Shown here: positions 25,798 to 39,693 of the stretch, one piece after another | How the letters are laid out: the number at the start of each line of letters is the position of its first letter | Numbering within the stretch: position 1 is the first letter of the stretch | Source of the DNA: Felis catus | Lineage: Eukaryota | Reading direction: 5' to 3' | Length of the DNA stretch: 64,000 bases | Assembly: GCF_018350175.1 (NCBI RefSeq) | Contig: NC_058368.1 | Location: forward strand, 131,070,001-131,134,000 | The notes under the pieces: model-generated | Seen by the model: the letters and a program-made list of their open reading frames with translations, nothing else | What the model was told of the DNA's origin: nothing | Databases searched by the model: none | Position numbers and translations under genes: made by a program

Positions 25798-27920
25798 GGA
25801 ACCTTCTAGTATTTTTTTAATTTCCCAAGACTGATTTTGTATACATTGTCATAGTAGACAAAAAGTTTCCAAAAATATGATTACATTACCTTTTTTTTGG
25901 GGGGGGGGGGTGGGTGAGGAAAGCAGAAAGTGATGGTGTACAAATATCCTGAGACTTAGTATTGGGCCTGGGAGCCAGTTCAAGCCTGTTTTCCCCTACT
26001 TCTCTCCCAGAATGGGTCAGAACTAAGGTCAAGAAAGTTACTGGTTCAGAAATGCTCAGAGGGTTCAGTAGAGAGAAACAATGAAATTTCTGGGGTTCTG
26101 GGAAACATGGTTCGACTTTTTGCTTCTGTAACTTAGAGTTCCCACCTTTTTAAATTCATCTTCTTTGGAATCCTTCTCCTGTGATTTCACTGATTCAGAG
26201 AGATAAACCCAGGTTTCCTCTATTCAGAAGGAAGAACCTTCCTTCCTCTCTCCCTGCTCCCTCTGTGTGACTAAGAGCAACCCAGGTAATAGCCAGGGAA
26301 AAGAGTTATGGAGTTGCCTGCTCACATTTTGCTTTCCCATATACCTCAGGAGAAAAGGAAAAGGAAATTCCTAGGGTTTCCAAAGATTCTAGCCCAGTTC
26401 CCCAGAACTTGAGACCAAAAGCTAGAAGCGAAGACGGAACTTTAATCCCTGCATTGTCTAGACTCATCATCTTACTCAGGGACTTGTGAGAAGTGACCAT
26501 TGCTGATTAAGATGTTAGAATCGGGGAATCCAATCCAGTTTCCTAATCACATCTCAAAATGATGTACAAAGACACCATTGTGAACCTTACTGTAAATGCC
26601 CCAACAGGGTATTAACACTTGAAACAGAGTCAATTCGGTAAAAAAGGGAAATGTTTATAATTAACACCCTCTGGAAAAAACAGTTATGATTTTAGTAAGA
26701 AAATCACAGGCATGTTTCAGAGAGCATACTGAGCCCTTCTTCTATTTTTTTCAATGTTTTTTGCCAGAGAACATGCACAGCTGTCATAAGCCCTGTTCTC
26801 AAAGGTTCACTTTTATAATAATATATTTCATTAAATTTTAAACAAAAGACAGCTTCCAGTCAAGAAAGCCCCAAATCTTGATGGCCTATTTATTTCCCAT
26901 TTTTGCTCTGCTGAATTTCTACTCTTCAGAGAGTCTCCCACACCCAGAGGCATAATCAGAAATAACTTTAAACCATGAAACATAGGCACCAACCACAGGA
27001 ATGACTGGATGTTCTGGAGGCCCCTAGTGATGCCATATTTAACCTTTCCCGGGTTGGTTGGACAGAGAGGGGCTCCCAGGGTCCTGGGGGAGTGACCAGG
27101 ACAGGGCAGCACAGAAGGAACTCACAGGGCTTGAGATCAACATCTACAGGGCTTATTAATTTTATAGGACAGAATACTGGCATCTGTAACCTCTTCTCTC
27201 CAGTTTAATGAACAGGATCCACCACTGCCACCTACACTATTACAGACATGGCAAATTAGAGGTTCTGGTCAAATAATATTCAAACTACGCTTAGAACATA
27301 TATGTAAGGGTTAAGTCAGAAAAGTAAAAAGTCAAACCGCAGACTCAATTTTCGTGTCAATTAATACCAAGCCAAATGGCTCTAAGCCTCAGATATACAT
27401 GATCATTTTTTAAAGTATTCCATAAATATACAAACACCTAGACCCCTCTCCAAACCTACTAAACTAGGACCTTCAAGAAAATGCAAGGGTAATGCCATTA
27501 AGCCATTTAAAAAATAGTGATACTGATAAGGGAAAAAGAGCTCCACATGTCATTCTCGAGCACAACCATGGTTAAAATCCACAGATGTGGCCACAATCTC
27601 TAAGCTTACACACACCTCCCTACCTCCCCACTTCATTAGTGGTATTTTCCAGACAGTTCTAGACCTGGATTGTTTGGCGTTGGTGAGACCATAATCAGGT
27701 AGAGGACCTTTCTGCTAAATTATTGTTCATGCTGCAGACCCTGAGCCCCACACCATCCCCATCACTGGGGCAAAACAAAAAGTACCTAAGGCCATACAAC
27801 AATTTGTGTGGTAGGTTTCTTTAAAGATTCCTGTTTCCTAATTCTAGACTCCACTTTCATTAACTTTTTACAAGACGTTTACAAGATGATTTCCACCAAG
27901 AAATCAAAATGTTCTCTGCA

Positions 27921-27979
27921 GAGTAAAAAGAAAAAAAAATTAAGAAAGAAATTAAAAATAAATAAATAACCATTTTAAA
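27921..27979 (+). mobile_element. Tail-only retrotransposon insertion (A-rich tract with TSD)
   Basis: ~59-bp A-rich tract flanked by aaaatgttctctgca (27906-27920) / aaaatgttctctgta (27980-27994). Confidence 0.7.
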
Positions 27980-30900
27980 AAAATGTTCTCTGTACTTTGG
28001 AAGTACAATTTAGGCAGTGAGTCATGATTAGAGCTTGTTACAATTCTAAGCAATCAGTCAGTCAATCAATCGATAATAAAGGTGCACAGCATTTTATTAT
28101 ATAATGCAGGCTACACATATTCTTTGTATGACCATGCCACATAAATTTCATGTCTTTTAGATTGATATTCTCCTGTCATTATTTTTGGGGTCCATTCAAC
28201 CATTTTGGATCTAGACAGGATGAAAGCATCATTCGGTTTCATTTTCAAGTCATGTTTTAGAGCCCTGTGGAGAGCAGATGTTTCTGAGAACAAATATGAG
28301 ACTGGTCCACAGAGGAAACACCAAGTGAAAGCACTGTTGCTAACCTTTCTCTCATGCATGCAAAATGTGCAGACACTGTAAGTATGTAAGTGCTGCTTTG
28401 TTAAACTCAGGGAATTGAAGTCCAGTTTTGTTTTTTCTGCCTTGAAGGCTCAACTGTTTCTCTTGCCTTGTGGGTGTAGCTTTTGTGACACGCCGTCAGA
28501 ATTCAAAATCTGAAACCGCACATATGTTACATGAAGGTGTGGAACAAATAAATCACAGTTAAATGAATCCGTCAGAACTTTTCATCTCTCATTGGCCTAC
28601 TAAATATAACCTCCAGTTGGATGTTTAACCCCTAAATTCCACAAAACTTAGTGATAAAACCAGTTAGCCAGTTGTCAGCTAATCATCCATGATTTGCTTC
28701 ATTGTATGCTTTTGAGAATCAAACTCTAAAAACCTTTAAACTCCACCTGTTGGACATTTGAAATTCCAGTCAAGTCAGTCTAAAGTTTCCAAGTATCTTA
28801 CTTCCTGGTGATTCACAATGCTCTGTTTAAGCAATGGGGCACATTTTTGTGTAGAATGACTATTTTAAATGTGAAAGAAGTCAATTGTATATGTAAATTG
28901 GTTAATATTTTAATATCTATGTTATTATGTTAACAACAATGAATATTACAGCAAAAATTCTGATCAACCCACATTCTGTATTAGCCCCAAGAATATTCTT
29001 TCTAAAGTCACTCTTCTCCGTGCAGTTAACCCAATACCTATTAGTGATGCTTCTCAGTATAGAACAGAATGACAGACATTTAGAAGATTCTGGCTTAGAT
29101 GGTCTGGATCAAATCACAGGAACCAGTTTGAATGAACTAAGCAAAGGAGAAACAATTTTATCGTGCCCAACAACCATCATTTTTTGCTATATGACTGCAC
29201 AGTATAATCAATAATTTTAATAGTTATATTTTGGCTAGTGTTATATTTTATATTTAGGGGTGTTTTTGAGACTGTGTAGACATAAAATTGTCACAGAAAA
29301 AACTGGTAAAAACTGTCTTGTTTTTAACTGTCTTATTTAACTTGTTTATACCTTACTATGTTCATAAATAATTTGAGGTAGCTTTAAATAAAGAAATATT
29401 AAATAATGAAACATAAAATAGAATAAAAAAGAAATAAATCTTGAGTCCAATAATCCAGGGAAAAGAAAAATAAAATCAAGAAATAAAACCAAAGAAGTTA
29501 AGTTACAATGTAAACTCCACTGCTTAGCAATACACATGAGTTAGGCTCTGAGCTTTCTAGGAGCTAAAACAACTAATGGAAAAATTATCAGTTATGTGAC
29601 CACAGTGTCTATAAGATAAAAACAAACAGGCGTGTCACATAACTGATGCGAAAGAGGTGTTTGCTAAGGCTTCCGTGTCAATCAAATTGTAATATAAATG
29701 TTTCAAATCAACATGTTGTACACCTTAAACACAATGTTGTATGTCAGATATAACAACAACAAACTGGTTGCTCAAAAAACAGAAGAAAACAAAAATATCA
29801 GTATTCCTGAACATAAATCCTGAGAGACATTCTTCCCCTGTGAAATGTAAATAAAAGGACTCTCCACAACACTCCTGTAGTAAATGCAAACATAAGATGC
29901 TCAGGGTTATTTCTAACCACATCTCTCAAGGCAGGTCAACAGAAACACAATGCAAAAACAACAAAACCAGCTTGAAAGCACTGGGGAGGAGGAGTGCTAC
30001 AAGAATGCGGCACAAGCAAGCAGCTCTCTTGTCTGACAACTCATGAATATGTTTTACAGGGTCTAGAAGAGTAGCTGGAGGTATCTCCTTCAAGCAACAC
30101 CCCATAAACTTTTGATCAACAGGGAGCCGTAGTGAATTGAAGATGTTATTTTCCAACAAGTAAAATATAACCAGATGATTCCGTTTCTCAGTGGATCTTT
30201 GTCTGGATTTCACTGAAAGTTCCTACTGATCTAAAGCTGTCATAGAGGTAACAGATACGCTTGTCAAGGGTTACCAGAACTAAGGCCTCAGACGTGCCCT
30301 GGCTCCACAGCAGCCTGCTTACTGTGTGAAATGATATGGTCCCTAATTCTCCACCTCTTCCCTCCCCCATCTTTTATAAGATGAGAGACAAGACTATTTG
30401 AGACATTAAGAAATAAATGGCTATCACCCTGTTCAGCCTCATTTCTAAAATCTGGAATTAGTTCTGAAATTAAGAGAAAAGCAACACCATAGACTAGACA
30501 TAGAGTACCATAGACCACCAAAGTCTACTGTCCCAAACTTTGGTTGATTCCGTTTTTATAATCCACATCCTTTCCCCTCCCTGTAAGCTCAAGACAACCA
30601 GGCTGAACAATGTAATATTTCCTCTTAGAAATAGGACCCCAGTCGATATTACAAAGTCATTATATAATTACTACTTACTGTCCAGGAAGCCATCTGAAAA
30701 GAGCCATAGACTCAAGAGTTGTTCCAAAAGTCAATATTCCTAATTCATCAGGCCAGTGTTTGCAGAAAAAGCTTTATGCTTTAGCACTGCATGTCTTGGG
30801 AGGAGTTAGACAGGCTCAGCTGGGATTTTGAAGGCAAATTAATAAAGGGACTATTTATTTACGAGGTGAGGCAGGGGTTAAGAGAACGCACAAGAGAAAG

Positions 30901-31038
30901 TGAAACACTCCGAATCTCAGCAGTAATAACTGTTGTACCTTCAGGCCCCAAAGAGGCCGGTGAAGAAAAACAATGTAACCAAAGGCATGGGACAACTGTA
31001 GGCTCTAGTTTCAACGCCTTTTTAATCAAGAATGCATA

Positions 31039-31267
31039 GGGGCGCCTGGGTGGCGTAGTTGGTTAAGCGTCCGACTTCAGCCAGGTCACAATCTCACGGT
31101 CCGTGAGTTCGAGCCCCGCGTCGGGCTCTGGGCTGATGGCTCGGAGCCTGGAGCCTGTTTCCGATTCTGTGTCTCCCTCTCTCTCTGCCCCTCCCCCGTT
31201 CATGCTCTGTCTCTCTCTGTCCCAAAAATAAATAAATGTTGAAAAAAAAAATTTAAAAAAAAAAAAA
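31039..31267 (+). mobile_element. Young felid Can-SINE
   Basis: CpG-rich near-consensus body, long A-tail; TSD aagaatgcata / aagaatgcaca. Confidence 0.97.
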
Positions 31268-31803
31268 AAGAATGCACAGAGAACCTCATTTACTTAATTG
31301 GGAGGAAAAGGAAATCAAGACACAAAGAGAAGCTTGATGGAAGCATGCTAGCAAAGACTTTTCACCTACATACCACCATTTTCACATCGGAAATGTAATT
31401 TGCACATATGCAGCAAGGAAACACGTTTCAAAAAGTAATTGAAACTTGAGCAAAACAGCTGGTCTGAAACAAAAGCTGGCTCTCAAGGTGGGTTTTTTTT
31501 TTTTATGTTAAATGTAAAGTTTGGAAGAATACTTCCTAAAACACCCCCATGACGTACATTGTTAGTGAAAATTACATGCTGCAACGGGTAGGGTGACACA
31601 GCCCAGAAGAGATTCACCTAATATTGCCCCCTACAGAGAAAAGGAAAAGTAAGGTCAACAATAATTTAAAACTTCAGAATTATCCCAGAAACCTACACAT
31701 TTCCAGACTGAAAGTGGAACCGGAAGCCGGAGTGTTTCTCTTCCTAGCAGGAAGATTATTAGGGAAGAAGGCTCTATATACCTATAAAAGAACTTCCTAT
31801 CTT

Positions 31804-32023
31804 GGGGCGCCTGGGTGGCTCAGTCAGTTTTAAGGAGCCGACTTCAGCTTAGGTCATGATCTCGCGGTCCGTGAGTTCGAGCCCCGTGTCCGGCTCTGTG
31901 CTGACCACTCAGAGCCTGGAGCCTGTTTCAGATTCTGTGTCTCCCTCTCTCTCTGACCCTCCCCCATTCATGCTGTGTCTCTCTCTGTCTCAAAAATAAA
32001 TAAACGTTTAAAAATTACAAAAA
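31804..32023 (+). mobile_element. Can-SINE (felid type)
   Basis: GGGGCGCC head; TSD aaaagaacttcctatctt / aaaagaacctcctatcct. Confidence 0.96.
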
Positions 32024-32649
32024 AAAAGAACCTCCTATCCTTACGAGGATGTGACCAAAAAAGGAAAAACAAAAAACAAAAAAACAATTTATATGATGAA
32101 TGAATTGCTCTGGCACATGCAGGATACATGTTACAACACAATCCTTTAATTTTTTCCAATTAATTAGAAGCTCAATTCCCTACACCTTCAAATTGGCAGG
32201 AAGACATATGAGTAATTTTGGGCTCTCTGCACCCTTTCTTGGACTGCCAAAATAAATCTACAGATTGATAGATCAATAGATAAATAAAACTGACCTTCCA
32301 GCTTTTCAGGTTCTGGGCACAGAAGAGCCTCAGTCTGTGGCTGCCACGGTTGCCATTTGGTCTTGGGGCCACAAGATGCCACTGTGAAGCAGGAGTCTGT
32401 CACCATCTGTCGGAGCTGTTGGGCCATCTGCGGCCCAAGCCAACAAGCTTTATCTGTTGACAGGCAGCAACCTGGCAGCTTCACTCACTTTCAGGCCAAG
32501 CCCGGCCACGGGGAGGCTTGGCCCGCCCTTAAGGCCACAGCTCTGTCCTCAGAATCCTGATCCTCAGAGTTTCAGCAGCTAAGTGAGGTCAGGACTTCCT
32601 GCCAAGAGGCGGAAATCCTTTCTTCCTCCTCCTCCTCGGGGGATAAATC

Positions 32650-33170
32650 TGTTACCAGACGGAGAACGGGTTCCAAACTCAGGTTCAGCTGCTCAAAATC
32701 ATTACTCGCGAGACAGATGATGGTAGGAAAGGAAAGCTGCTTTATTCAGGAAGCCAGCAACCTGGGAAGATGGTAGACTAAGGTCCCAAAGACCATCTTT
32801 GCTGTCCAGATGAAGTTGGAGGGTTTTAAAGGGGAAAGCGCAAGGCACGTGGGAGGCAGGGAGTGCTACCTGCAGGAAAAGCTGGTGCGGAGGTAGTTAG
32901 TACGTTTACGGACTACGGACGTGACCCTGAACTGACTTGCGGGCCTCAGAGGCAGCTGTTTTTGAATGCAATGTGGTCGGGCGTATCTTCCGGGAAAATT
33001 CGGTCCTTCAGTCCTCAAATCTCAAGGAAAGTAGGTTACTTCTGCTATAGACTAAGGGCCGTAGGTCAGCAAGCAAAGAGTGCATAAGCTTGAAGCTTGT
33101 TAACCCTTAAGACCACTTGGACCAGTTCAAACCCAGGTAGACTTTTTTTTTTCCTCCTTTCAACACTGTA
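32650..33170 (-). mobile_element. Solo LTR, ERV1-like
   Basis: Starts tgttacc at 32650; U5/R-like ggaaagctgctttattcaggaagccagcaacctggg..agatggtagacta; AATAAA on minus at 32741-32746; 4-bp TSD aatc (32646-32649 / 33171-33174). Right terminus reads ta rather than ca. Confidence 0.75.
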
Positions 33171-33235
33171 AATCTTGATTGGTTTGTTCCTCTCCTTTTT
33201 TAGGAAAATTAGACCTAATTGCTTTAATTGCCTTA

Positions 33236-33255
33236 AACACACACACGTGCGCTCA

Positions 33256-33299
<44 letters not shown>

Positions 33300-33312
33300 T
33301 ACGCATGTGCGC
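33236..33312. repeat. Interrupted (CA)n / alternating purine-pyrimidine tract
   Basis: Direct reading. Confidence 0.95.
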
Positions 33313-34302
33313 CCCAAGCAAATCTTCTCAATGACTTTTTTTTTTTTTCAGAAGGCTCTGCACTAATCTGTCGGCATCACCAGAGTGGAAGAACCTCTGT
33401 GAGTAAGAAAAACTCAAGTGTTAAGAATCCACAGATTTCTGGGAGAGAGAAAAAAAATCCACTTGCTCCTTTCTTGATGATGTTGCAAGGGAAAATGAAG
33501 AACATAATTTTTCAGAAAGTCACCCCACTCTACTCAATTCATAATAAATCTGTTTGTTAATTTATTATTCAAAAATATTTACTGAATTCCAACTATGTTT
33601 CAGGCAGTGTAAAAGGCACTGGAGAGGGAATAGTGAGAAAAAAGTCCTGTCCTGCTGTTATAGAAGTGACCGTCTCAAGTTACCATGAGGCAAGACAATA
33701 GACTCGCCTCTGGAGAAACAGAAAAAGGACAAGACACCAGCCCTCTGTTTGAAGGGTGTTTAAACATAGCTAGGATAGGACCCGCACATAAAATTATCTA
33801 TGCTAAAAAACCAAAGTACAAATGGAAGATTCCTTGCACAGTTCTAGGAGTGACTGAACAATTGCCGGATTTTAGGAACAGAAATAATTTTAGGAGGGAT
33901 AGGCATTTAAGCCAGAACCTGAGGAAGGTGAAGAACCTTGAAGAATGAGAAAAAGAGGAGAGGAAACTCCAAAATTACATTAAGTTACAATTAAAAAGTG
34001 AGAAAATGCCTAAAAATCCAGTATATGGAAAGAACTTTTAAGGAAGCAAAAAACACTTTATTTTTGTTTTTAAAGAAATGTTTAAAATACACAGACTGTC
34101 ATATGAGAGTCTATCATTTCACTATTCAGGAAACTAATGTCAGTTATGTGTTCAACTTGGAAGTATCAGATGAACTCATAATCCATAACAATATCCTTCA
34201 ATTTTCTTGAATCATAAAAAAAAAAATGTGTTTCTCCCTGCTTCTTCCTCATCTGCAAACATTCAGTAGAGAAATCCCCCATCAAAAAACAAACACTTTA
34301 TT

Positions 34303-34505
34303 GGGGCACCTGGTGGTTAAGCCTCTGATTTCAGTTCAGGTCATGATCCCACAGTTGGTGAGTTTGAGCCCCACATTGGGCTCTGCACTGACAGTTTAGA
34401 GCCTATTCAGATTCTCTGTCTCCCTCTCTCTCTGCCCCTCTCCCTGCCCATGTGTGCTCGCTCTCTCCCTCTCTCTCTCCCTCAAAAATAAATAAACATT
34501 AAAAA
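34303..34505 (+). mobile_element. Can-SINE
   Basis: ggggcacctgg head with short internal deletion, CT tract, A-tail; TSD aaacactttat/aaacattttat. Confidence 0.92.
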
Positions 34506-37500
34506 AAACATTTTATACAATCTCAATGGAAGAATAAATCAGCATGATCCTTCTGAAAAGTAATTTGGCAATTACCATTGAAAATCTAAAAATGGTCAAA
34601 CCATCTTGACTGATAAATCTACTTTTGAAAATTTATCTAGAGAAATAATCAAAAATACTCACAAAGATTTTGGTGAAAGATATTCATTATAATGATATTT
34701 GTAAAAGTGAAATAAGTTGGAGACAACTTAAATATCCAAAATCATGGATATGGCTAATTTATAATATAGTCATGTAAAGAAGGATCTCAAAAATATTTAA
34801 GGATATAAGAAAATGCTCACAAGGTGAAAATCTCACATTATAAACTATGAACGGTATGATCTCAAGTATATAAAATATTATGTGTATATAATATACAGAT
34901 GGAAAGAAAGATGTTAAAAATATTAAAAGGTATTATCTCTTGCTTGGAGCATTCTGAGTGAAATGTATTCCTTCTTTATGCCTTCCTATATTATTTCAAA
35001 TTTTCTATAATAGACATATTTTTGGAAAGAAAGTTTTGCACATGCAGTCTTTTGACCCCACCCCCCTCAGCTGTGGAAGGATGAGCTTCGGACTGGGAAT
35101 ACTTTCTTACCAAGAGTTGGAGTCCTCTCAGGTTATGCTGGACCCAGAACTTTGTGTGGGAATATCTTTCTGCATTTCAAACTGCTCACTGTATATTTCC
35201 TTGTTCATCTTATGCATGTGTGTCATATGTTACCTGGCCAACCCTATTGTTGTATCTCTCCCCTGCAGACAGGGGACGGAGTCCTTCATTCTGTGACATG
35301 AGAGGGATGGGAGCAGACTATTACCTTTCATCAGCCATATTGATAAAAACCTAAGTATGAATGGTCTAAACACACCAATAAAAGGAGACAATTTTTCAGA
35401 TCAATCAAAAAACAAGATCCAACCATATGTTTTTTTTCTAAGAAACTCACTTTAAATACAAAGACATAGATAATTAACTATAAAAAGATGGAAAATGATG
35501 CATCTTACTACCACTAGCCAAAATAAAAGTTTCAGTAGCTGTATTAGTATCAGACATATAGAATAAGGAAGATGATCGGGGATAAAAGCAAACATAAAAA
35601 AGAATAGATGGGTCAATTTTCTAAGAAGACATAATAATTCTAATTGTGTAGGCACATGACAACAAAGCCTCAAAACTACATAGAGTAAAAAGTGCTAGAA
35701 CTGTCAAATCCGTAATTATAACAGAAGAGATAGAACAAGTAGAGAGAAAAATCAGTAAAGATATAGAGGGCCTGAATAGCAGTAGCAATCAACTTGACGT
35801 AATGGACATTTATAGAACACTTCACTCTACAAACTGCAAAATACATATTCTTTTCAAGTGTATGTGATACATTCATCAAGATAGATGTTGTTATGCCAAT
35901 AAATCAAATATCAACAGATTTAAAGGACACACATCATACAAGGCATGTTCCCAGAACTTACTAGAATTTAAATATCAATAACAGATATCTGAGAAATCTG
36001 CAACTAGTAGGAAACAAAGCACTTCAGAATACTCTAAAAAGAAGGAACACTTTCCAACTGTTACTATGAGGCTGATATTACCCTGATGTCAAAACCAGAC
36101 AAAAACAGTACACAAAAAATGAAAACAACAAGGCAATATCTTTAATGAACATAGATGCAAAAATCTTCGATAAATACTAACAAATTGAATCAAGAGATAT
36201 TTAAAATGAATGGCACTCCATGATCAAGTAAGAATCATCCTAGTAATCCAAGGCTGATTAAAAAATCAAATAGTATAATCCACCATACCAGTAGACTAAA
36301 GAAGAAAAGCTATATGAGCATCTCAATAGATGAAGGAAAAGCATATGATAAACTTCCACATCCACTAATATGATGAAAACTATCAGCAAACTGATAAAAG
36401 CATCTGCAAGAACCTAGAATTACCATAATTGTGAATGACTGAATATTTTCTCTCTAAGATTAGGAATAAGATAAGACTGTCTTATTTTACTACTCCTATT
36501 TAACACCATACTGGGAGTTATAGCAGTGTAATAAAGCAAGAAAAAGAAATAAAAAGTACACAGATTAAAAAGAAATAAATAAAATTCTATTTATTCAAAG
36601 ATGACATGATTATCTATACAGAAAATCTTAAAGAGTTTCCAAAAGAACTTAGAATGTAGAAGTGAAAGCAGCTAGTTCTCAAGATGTATGGTCAATATAA
36701 AAGAATCAATTGTATTTCTTTATACCTGCAATGCATATTTAAAATATAAAATTAAAGGAAGGAAGCATTTACAATATCATAAAAATACATATAAATATAA
36801 CCGATATGTGTAGACTGTATGCTCATAGTTGCCAGACGCTGATGACAGAAATCAAAGAACTAATCGAAAGATTAGCCATTCTCTTAAATTGGAGGAATAA
36901 GTTTTGTTAAGATATTGATTCTCCCCCACTTTTATCTATGGTTTCAAAATCCCCGCAATCCTTTTTGTTGATAGCAACAAAATTCCAAAATTTATATGGA
37001 AAGGCAAAAAACTAGAATCACCAAAACAATTTTGGAAAAAAAGTACAAAGTTAGAGGACACACTACAACTTTCATGACTTACTAATCAAGAGAATATGTG
37101 ATACTGGCTGAAGGATGAACACAATAACTGGAAAACAATGTCCAGAATTAACCTTACACAAATACAGTCAACTAATATTTGGCAAAAATGAAAAAGCACT
37201 TCAAAAAAGAAAAAAAAATCATCTTTTCAACAAATGGTGCTTTTAAAACTGAAGCAGGAACCTCAGCACATACCTCGTCTGTTATTCAAAATTTGACATA
37301 TGGTGGTTACGGTTGTGGTGATAAACTTGTCCAATCACTATGTTGTATACCTGAAACAAATGTAACATTGTGTATCAACTATACTTGGATAAAAATTAAT
37401 TAATTAGTTAATTAATTAATACTTTAAAAGTTGACCATAGACCAAAATGTAAAAAGTAAAATCTTCAAAATTCTAGAAAAAAAAATAGGAGAAAATCTTT

Positions 37501-38018
37501 TATACTTTGAGTTAGGCAAAATTTTTTTAAAAACAGGACACCAAATGTTCAGCCCACAGGGGGAAAAAGAAAAATTGGGATTTGTCAAAATCATAAACTT
37601 CTGCTTTATGAAAGAAATTGTTAAGACAATGAAGTGACAAGCCACAAACTGGGAGGAAATATTCGCAAATCACATTTGTAACAAAGGACTCGCATATAAA
37701 ATATATAAAGAACTCTCAAGACTCAACAATAATAAAGACAACCTAATTTGTTTTAAATGAACAAAAGATCTGAATAGACAATTTAACCAAAGAAAATGTC
37801 CAGTTAGAAAATAAGCATGTTGAAAGATGCTCAACATAACTAATAATTAGTAACATAGAAATAAAAACTACAATATTAAGTGAATAGACATTTTCTTAGA
37901 ATGGCAAACAAAAACTCTGACTACCTCAAGTGCTGAGAGGATAATGGAGCAACTAGAACTCCTGTACACAGCTGGTGGGAATATGAAATGTCAACCACCT
38001 TGAGAAACCAGTTTGGCA

Positions 38019-38261
38019 GAGGCACCTGGATGGCTGTCAGTTAAGTGTCCAACTTCGGCTCAGGTCATGATATCACCACTCATGAGCTGGAGCCCCACAT
38101 CAGTCTCTATGCTGACAGCTCAGAGCCTGGAGCCTGCTTCAGATTCTGTCTCCATCTTTCTCTCTGCCCCTGCCTTGCTCGCCCTCTGTCTCTCTCTCTC
38201 TCTCTCAAAATGTAAGTAAACACTTTAAAAAATTGAAAACAACAACAACAAAAACAACGAA
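38019..38261 (+). mobile_element. Can-SINE nested in old L1
   Basis: TSD aaaccagtttggca (38005-38018) / aaaccggtttggca (38262-38275). Confidence 0.95.
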
Positions 38262-39467
38262 AAACCGGTTTGGCAGTTTCCTATAAAGTTTAGCATGTAC
38301 TTATCACATGAGTCAGCAATTCCAATCCCAGGCATTTACTCAAGAGAAAGAAAACCTATGTTCACACAAAAACGTATAAGGGAATATGTATATCAGCTGT
38401 GTTCATACTTGTCAAAAGCTGAAAGCAACCCAGATGTTTTTCCAGCAGTGAATAAACAAAAGGTGGTTCATACGTAATATAAAGTACTACTAAGAAATTT
38501 TAAAAAACACACAAATTACTGATTTGTGTAACAGCATGGATGAATCTTAAATAAATTTTGCTACATAAAAGAATCCAGAAACTAACAGTTATGTAATTCC
38601 ATTTGTAGGACTTCCTGGAAAAGTCAAAATGATAGGAATAGACAACAGATCCGTTGTTGCCAATGATTAGGGGTAGAGGGTGAAGTTGACTATAAAAAAA
38701 CAGGAGGAGAAAATTTTTGAGGTAATAGAAATGTTCTCTATCATGATTGTGATATGGTTCTCTGAATATGTACAAATCCATGAAAATGGACACCACAGAG
38801 AGTAAATTCTTTTTTATGTAAATTAAAAAAGAACCAGGAATAAAGAGAAAACAAAATAGGAAATAAAATATAATAAATGAACTTAACTGAATTACAAATA
38901 AATAATATAACAACAGTTAAGGGGTTAGGGAAAAAAGTAACCTAATTTAACCCTGAAAAATCGTATTTTGACTGAACGAAATACCAAAAATACATGAAAA
39001 CAGTACTCTAACTGGTAAACTTGTTTCTTGTGAATATGTGTTAACAATTTCTCAAAAACTATGTGTATACTATAATTGAAAAAATAAGTAAATACAGATA
39101 ATAAAGGTCATATTTCTCACTGTTGGAGAAATAAGTTGCAAGTAAGTAAAAGGGGAAGGCTAGGATGAACCCTGTGGGACGGGACTGAAATCAGAGATAT
39201 CAGTATAAACTCATGGCTTCTACTGTATCCAGAGAGATAAATGTAGGAATAAATTATAAATGTGTGTAATGAGATACGTCAACATCATGTTCACCCTGAC
39301 ATGTTGCACTGAGAAGGGCACATCATTTCTCTGGTGCTCTTAACAAAAATGGATAACGTCAATGCAAGCTTTGGAAAACATTAGGCAACCTTAAAGTGAA
39401 GGAGATTTGACAAAATAACAGAGTATTCTTCAAAAGTGTATGCCCTGAAAGATCAAGAAAGATCGGA

Positions 39468-39662
39468 GGGGCGCCTGGGTGGCTCAGTCAAAGGCCAGAC
39501 TCTTGATTTTGGCTCCGGTCATGACCTCATAGTTCTAGAGATGGAGCTCTGTGTTGGGCTCTGCACTGACAGTGCCGAGCCTGCTTGGGATTCTCTCTCT
39601 TCCTCTCTCTCTCTACCCCTTCCCCACTTGTTCTCCCTCCAAATAAATAAGTAAACTTAAAC

Positions 39663-39687
<25 letters not shown>
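39468..39687 (+). mobile_element. Can-SINE
   Basis: GGGGCGCC head; TSD aagaaagatc on both sides. Confidence 0.94.
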
Positions 39688-39693
<6 letters not shown>

